Of a stretch of DNA of 64,000 nt, positions 58,353 to 64,000 are shown one piece after another; the first letter of the stretch is position 1; every line of letters begins with the position of its first letter. Location: the NCBI GenBank assembly GCA_051294375.1, contig CM119265.1:103263-167262 (forward strand), read 5' to 3'. A model generated the notes under the pieces. That model was not told the origin of the DNA. It was given only the letters and a program-made list of their open reading frames with translations, and ran no database searches. This stretch comes from Paraspadella gotoi. Lineage: Eukaryota; Animalia; Chaetognatha. Both the position numbers and the translations under genes were made by a program.

Positions 58353-60142
58353 ATGCATTCTAGTAACTTGTAGTACCTTTCTCCCTTTCGATCGACAAAA
58401 TTGACATGCGTTGACTGCTCCTTCGTCGTCGACGCCGCGATGGTCGAGTAATCGCGGAGGTCGAGGAGGAGGCCGTCTCGATGATTCGGTGCCAAGTAAT
58501 TCTCCGCCATAAAGTCAGCACCGAGGATGTGTGCTTCACATCGGCTACGATGAACTGATAGTCGAATTTTCGTTTACCTAGCTGTACTGTTTTTGTCGTC
58601 GTTGCCATAGCAATTGATGGGAGAACCATTTGCAGCCTGAAGTTTCATTAATGGTTCAGGGCCGTTTTGCTTTTGCTGAGGAGTGGGCGGGATGATCGAA
58701 AGCAAAGCTCCGCCGTCTACAAGCCACTTAATCTTATTCCCGGCGTCCCGAATATACAATAAATTGTTGGAGGCCGGTGAATAGTCTGTGCTCAGGGGAC
58801 GGCGTTCACCTGCGTCGGACCCCTTTGCCGTTTCCCTCTTTCTTCCTTTGAGTATCGTCGAATCTGGCGCAGCCTGGCTCGCAGGACCAGGCGTCCTCTC
58901 CAAACTTCACGTGTTTGGCGCAGAGAGTCATCAGCTTTGCTTTGCCCTTGTTTTTCGATGTTTGTTGTTGTCGTCGTCTATTGTTGTTGTTGTTCGCCTG
59001 TTTACGTGGACGCCGATCGATGCGCTGACGCCGTCCTCGCTATCGGAGTCAGAATCGATTTGATCATGGCGATCAACTGCATTGACGAAAGAAGATGTCT
59101 GGCGAATTTTCAGATTTCCGTCGACGTCGTAGTGCCTGTCCGCTAGCTGGCATAATTCCTTGGCAGTAAGCTCATCAGCTTTTTCCTCTAGCTGGCGCCG
59201 GACGTCGGTCGGTAGGTCGCGGAGAATCTTCTCCTTCCTTATGTCGTCGACACTAACATTTCGAGTCTTTTCCTCGAGTTGGGCCAACATTTTTGATGGC
59301 TTAGCACTATCGAGGCTGAGGGCATCGAGCATATTGGCGGCCTGTTGCCGCTTTGTGAGTCCGTATTCACTTCTGAGATAGCTTATGAATTGTTCCCAAG
59401 CTGATTCGGTAGGTTCTCCAAACAGATACTGATTTATTCTAGGGTCTACGTTGATACCTATTTTAGACTCTAGGTGCGCAAATTTATTCCTTGGGTTTGT
59501 TATTCCTGATCGAACATAGGCCGCTTCAACTCGCTTAATCCATACTTCGATGTTATTCTGATCGAAGTCCGGTAGTTCAGGTTCCGGTTTGATACACGCT
59601 CCAGCGCGCGGGTGGCGGCGGGCGAGGGCGGCGCGAAGCTCGTCGTTTTCGTCACGCAAATCCCTCCCTTCGTTGCCTGCACGCTGGTGGTCGGTCGGTC
59701 CACCTGTCGCCATCTCGGCGTCGTTCCTAGCGGCGTTGCTCGATGGAAAAGCGAAGGTCGGCTCGGCGTCGATAAACGCCGGTGAGATAGAGCGGGATCT
59801 TTGTCCTCTACCAAACCCGAAAGGCACTTGTAGGCGTATTTCCTCGTTTCGTCGGTCCTCCGCCTCAGCGTCGCGTTGGGCAGAGCGTAGGCGCGAGCGA
59901 AGGTCCGATCCGTTCATCGAGGTCCTCGTCGCCGTCGAATCGATGTTGAAAAGCGGGAGAAATGAAAAAGGGAAGTGTGAGAGGATTGGGCGGCAACTCA
60001 CTTAAATCCCCACTCTTCCACCCAATCTTACCTCAGAGAGGGTGACTTTCCGTTGTCTTCTCCCTTTCAATCGTTGGAAAATGTTCTGAGTCGTTCTCAC
60101 CATTTGTTCCGGGTTGTAGTTGAGCCACAGCGCGACGAAGAC
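58353..60142 (-). mobile_element. Near-identical duplicate of the E6 5' region (U5 end, PBS, gag, protease)
   Basis: Matches ~43617-45410 almost base for base. Confidence 0.9.
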
Positions 60143-61101
60143 CGGACATGAGTAGAGTCACAATACTAAGATAGAAGCTTCGATATGCATTGAAGTTTAT
60201 CACAGGGAATTTGTGGCGCGTAGTTCAATAGAGAAATATGTTTAGTATGAAGAGTAGTTTCAGATTATGTAGAATAAGTCTTCAGATTAATTAATAAGAC
60301 GTTTTTAATCGAGATTGAAATCTTTGGATTATCGCTAATTCAGAGTTCAGATCTTTGCACTACTCGAAATTTAAACTTTCTTCTTTGACGATCGAATTCA
60401 TTGAGATTAATTATTCATATCTTAGATAATTCGATGAATTGTTTTATCACATGTATTAATGTACTTGCTACATTATTGTGAGGCAATTAAAAACAAGTTC
60501 AAGCATGTTTTACCATGTATTTCATGCGTGAGTAAAAAACCGAACTAGATTTGAGAATTGAAACAGAGATAGTTCAACAGATGCCTTTTGATTTTTCCAA
60601 CAAATAACTGATATTCCCTCCTCAGATGGCTGAATCAATCAGTTAATTGTTCTGAATCAACCATTGTTTACTTCTGTATTGATTCTATAAAAATAGTTCG
60701 GTTTTACTCACGCATGAAAATACATGGTAAAACATGCTTGAACTTGTTTTTAATTGCCTCACAATAATGTAGCAAGTACATTAATACATGTGATAAAACA
60801 ATTCATCGAATTATCTAAAGATATGAATAATTAATCTCAATGAATTCGATCGTCAAAGAAAGAAAGTTTAAATTTCGAGTTAGTGCAAAGATCTGAACTC
60901 TGATTAGCGATAATCCAAAGATTTCAATCTCGATTAAAAACGTCTTAATAATTAAATCTGAAGACTTATTCTACATGAATCTGAACTACTCTTCATACTA
61001 AAACATATTTCTCTATTGAACTACGCGCCACAAATTCCCTGTGATAAACTTCAATGCATATCGAAGCTTCTATCTTAGTATTGTGACTCTACTCATGTCC
61101 G
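60143..61101. repeat. ~405-bp inverted repeat of E9 LTR sequence (arms 60143-60547 and 60694-61101)
   Basis: For example, CGGACATGAGTAGAGTCAC at 60143 is the reverse complement of GTGACTCTACTCATGTCCG at 61083-61101. Confidence 0.9.
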
Positions 61102-61299
61102 CGTGGCCACATGGTGAAACCGACGGAGAACAATACCAACGTCAACGTGGAGAAGTCAGCGGATTTTTACTCTCTCTGAGGTAAGATCGGGTGAGAGATT
61201 GAGAGATTTAAGTGAGTCGCCGCCCGATCGTCTCACACTTTTTCTCTCCTCCCCACCTTCCCCACTTCCCCACGCATGCCCTGACGGAGTCTACAACAG

Positions 61300-62387
61300 A
61301 TGAGTGACCCGGATATACGCGCGCGTCTCCGCTCCGCCCAAAGAGAAGCAGAAGCGGAAGATCATCGAAACGAAGTCGGCCGACTCCAAGCTCCACTAGG
61401 ATTCGGAAGAGGTCAACGCTCGCGCTCTATTTCGCCGGCGTATAGCGACGCCGCACCGTCCTTCAGCTTCCGAATGAACGGCGCCGCGGGACGAGAAAAT
61501 ACTGCCATGGCGTCCGACCGACCGACCGACGGCGCGAGAAACTTATACGACGAAAACGATGAATTACGCGCCGCCTTGGCCGCGGCGACACGCGCGCTGG
61601 AACGTGCTTCAAATCGTAAACCCGAGCTACCGGATTTCGATCCCAGTAACATTGAAATTTGGATTAAAAGGATTGAATCAGCGTATACGAGGGCCGGCGT
61701 CACCAACCCTCGTAATAAGTTCGCACACCTAGAATCGAAAATTGGCATTAACGTAGATCCGACTATAAATCAGTATTTATTCGGCGACGCAGGAGACATG
61801 GAATCAGTTCATTGAGTACCTTAGAAAAGAGTACGGTCTCACACGTCGACAAACAAGCTGCCAATATTTTAGACGTCGACGTCGACGCCACGAAGCCATC
61901 CAAGATGCTGGCTCAACTCGAAGAAAAAACTCGAAGTCTTACTCTCGACGACATAAGAAAGGAGAAGATCTTACGCGAACTCCCCAACGAAATACGGCGC
62001 CAACTAGAGGAAAAGGCGGATGATATGACGGCGCATCAGCTCTGCCAACTGGCGGATAGACACTATGACGTCGACGGCAATCTTAAGATTCGCCAAACGA
62101 CGTCGCTCGTCAGTAACGTCGACCGTGATCAACGAGATCACATCGGATCGGATACAGACGACGAGGAGCTCGTCAACGCCGTCGACAGCCGCCCACGCAA
62201 ACCAGGGAATAATAAACGCCGCCCTCAACAAGCCTCGAAGCCCAAAAACAAGCCAAAGCTCTCGACGTTGTGCGCGAAGCACATCAAGTTCGGAAAGGAC
62301 GCTTGGTCATGTGACCCAGGCTGTGACCGCTACGAGGAGACCCAGAAGAAGAGAGAGGGAAACGGGAGGGGGGGACGACGTCGGNNN
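61300..62387 (+). CDS. gag: Gag with CHCC knuckle (frameshift at ~61795)
   Basis: ORFs 61300-61815 and 61812-62474; CAKHIKFGKDAWSCDPGC. Confidence 0.85.
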
Positions 62388-62473
62388 NNNNNNNCCCCCA
62401 AGCGTCAACGAGTTCACCAGCGCCCAGCAGCCTCTTATTCATCAGAGACGCCGGGGACAACACCAAGTGGCTA

Positions 62474-63890
62474 GTGGACGGCGGCGCGCTGCTCTCTATA
62501 GTGCCTCCAACATCTCGACAACGCGAACAAGGCGCAGATCCGACCATCAAACTGCAAGCAGCCAACGGTTCGCCAATTGAGTGTTTTGGGACAATAGAGA
62601 AAACGGTTCAATTGGGAAATCGCAAGTTCACCTATAAATTCGTCGTTGCAAACGTGAAACAAAACATTTTAGGTGCAGACTTTCTCGCAGAAAATTTTCT
62701 AGCGCCGAATCATCGAGACGGTCTACTAATCGATCTGAGGGACTACTCGACCATTGCGGCGTCAATTGCAACCGAAACAAGCGCACACGTCAATTTCGTC
62801 GATCGAAAAGGCGAAAAATTTTACAAGCTGCTTGATAGTTTTCCATCATTATCAACACCCACTTTCGAACTCAAGTCACCAAAGCATGGAGTGACACACT
62901 CCATACCTACTGAAGGCCGCCCATGTCAGGCAAGAGCCAGGCGTCTCGATCCAGAGAAGCTAGCAGTAGCGAAGCGTGAATTAGAAAAAATGGTGTCGAT
63001 GGGAATCGCCAAGCGAGGCAAGTCGGAATGGTCGTCGCCTCTCCATGTCGTCGCCAAGCCTGACGGCGGCTGGAGATGTTGCGGCGATTACAGGCGCCTA
63101 AATGCACAAACAGTCGAAGATCGGTACCCAGTCAAGTTGTTAACAGATTTCAACGCCCAATTGGAAGGAAAAACAATCTTTTCGAAGATTGATCTGTTAA
63201 AAGGGTACCACCAGATCCCGGTGGACCCAAAAGATGTACAAAAAACGGCTGTAATAACGCCATTTGGATTGTACGTTTTTCCACGCTGCCCTTTCGGACT
63301 CAAGAATGCTGGACAGGATTTCCAGCGCTTGATGGACGAAATCCTGGGGGATATCCCTCATACATTCGTGTACTTGGATGATATCCTCGTCGCTTCAACA
63401 TCTCCGGAAGAGCACATGCAAGATCTGGAACGAGTCTTCAGAGCACTCGATGAAAGCGGCCTTGTAGTAAATACTAAAAAGTGTTTACTCGGCCAGGACT
63501 CACTGGAGTTCCTTGGATTTTTAGTGGACAAAAACGGCGTCCGTCCACTACCACAACGAGTGCAAACCCTTCGAGAGACAACCAGGCCAACCTCGATCAA
63601 GGAGTTGCAACGGTTTCTTGGAATGATAAACTACTACCGTAGGTTCATTCCAAGAGTTGCACACCGTTGCGCTCCTCTCTACGAGGCTCTGAGCGGAAAG
63701 CCAAAATCGCTAGACTGGACAGAGGACTGCGAAAGGGCGTTTGAAGCAATCAAGGAGGGATTAATCTCAGCAGCTCTGTTACATCACCCTCGAACAGGAG
63801 CACAATTGTGTGTGACTACTGACGCTTCAGACCATGCAGTAGGCGCAGTTTTGGAGCAGCGGGGCCCAAAAGGTTGGGAACCGCTGGCTT
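62474..63890 (+). CDS. pol: Pol, partial (PR-RT-start of RNase H)
   Basis: VDGGALLS, YLDD, TDAS; the sequence flips to an inverted pol segment after ~63895. Confidence 0.9.
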
Positions 63891-64000
63891 CTCTCCCTCA
63901 ATCCAGTGTCGAAAGTGGGACCGCGCGGAAAGCTCCGTAAGTTCTCGATCAAAATGGTGGCCCCAGATTTTCTGGTTCTTTGCAGCTTTGGCCGAGAAAA

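Larger units (their letters stand above)
60548..64000 (+). mobile_element. Ty3/gypsy element E9, subfamily A, partial
   Basis: LTR end GGCCACA at 61111, PBS TGGTGAAACCGAC at 61112, gag, slippery GGGAAAC at 62357-62363, PR-RT-partial RNase H. Confidence 0.9.

Noticed and set aside
58353-60142. An independent additional element
   Set aside because: It is essentially identical to the E6 5' region and begins at a gap, so it is probably a redundant contig.
488-63600. Numerous 60-190-aa antisense or alternate-frame ORFs, and an env or chromodomain gene
   Set aside because: These are shadows of GC-rich gag/pol codons. No third ORF lies between pol and the PPT, and no chromodomain motif is visible.
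63895-64000. Novel Pol C-terminus in E9 (SLPQSSVESGTARKAP)
   Set aside because: It is the reverse complement of a noisy RNase H segment (FSAK..KNQK..PPFD..AFRAV..FRHWIE), i.e. an inversion or fold-back, likely artefactual.

Overview
This is eukaryotic DNA. Long (TTAGGG)n telomeric-repeat tracts, G-strand on +, alternate with at least nine distinct Ty3/gypsy LTR retrotransposons (labelled E1-E9) and one ~690-bp non-autonomous TRIM. The autonomous elements look like the CsRn1 clade: Gag has a C-x2-H-x9-C-x3-C knuckle, Pol runs PR-RT-RH-IN with a GPY/F module, the PBS is tRNA-Trp-type, the TSD is 4 bp, there is a -1 frameshift between gag and pol, and there is no env. They form two subfamilies (A: E1, E3, E4, E6, E8, E9; B: E2, E5, E7). 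The candidate undescribed system has four parts. (i) Where junctions are cleanly readable, elements sit at one phase of the telomeric repeat (TTAGGGT|TG...CA|GGGTTA, TSD GGGT). (ii) Six of the seven autonomous elements with a complete LTR carry an antisense tRNA-like A/B-box cassette in U3. (iii) The TRIM carries a sense tRNA-like cassette and has no T4 terminator, reminiscent of 5S-bearing Cassandra. (iv) The PBS is discontinuous but colinear with tRNA-Trp. Caveat: the assembly has scaffold gaps, 10-N blocks, duplicated or inverted pieces and indel-rich stretches that look unpolished, so many frameshifts and some junctions may be artefacts. The organism cannot be identified from this sequence.
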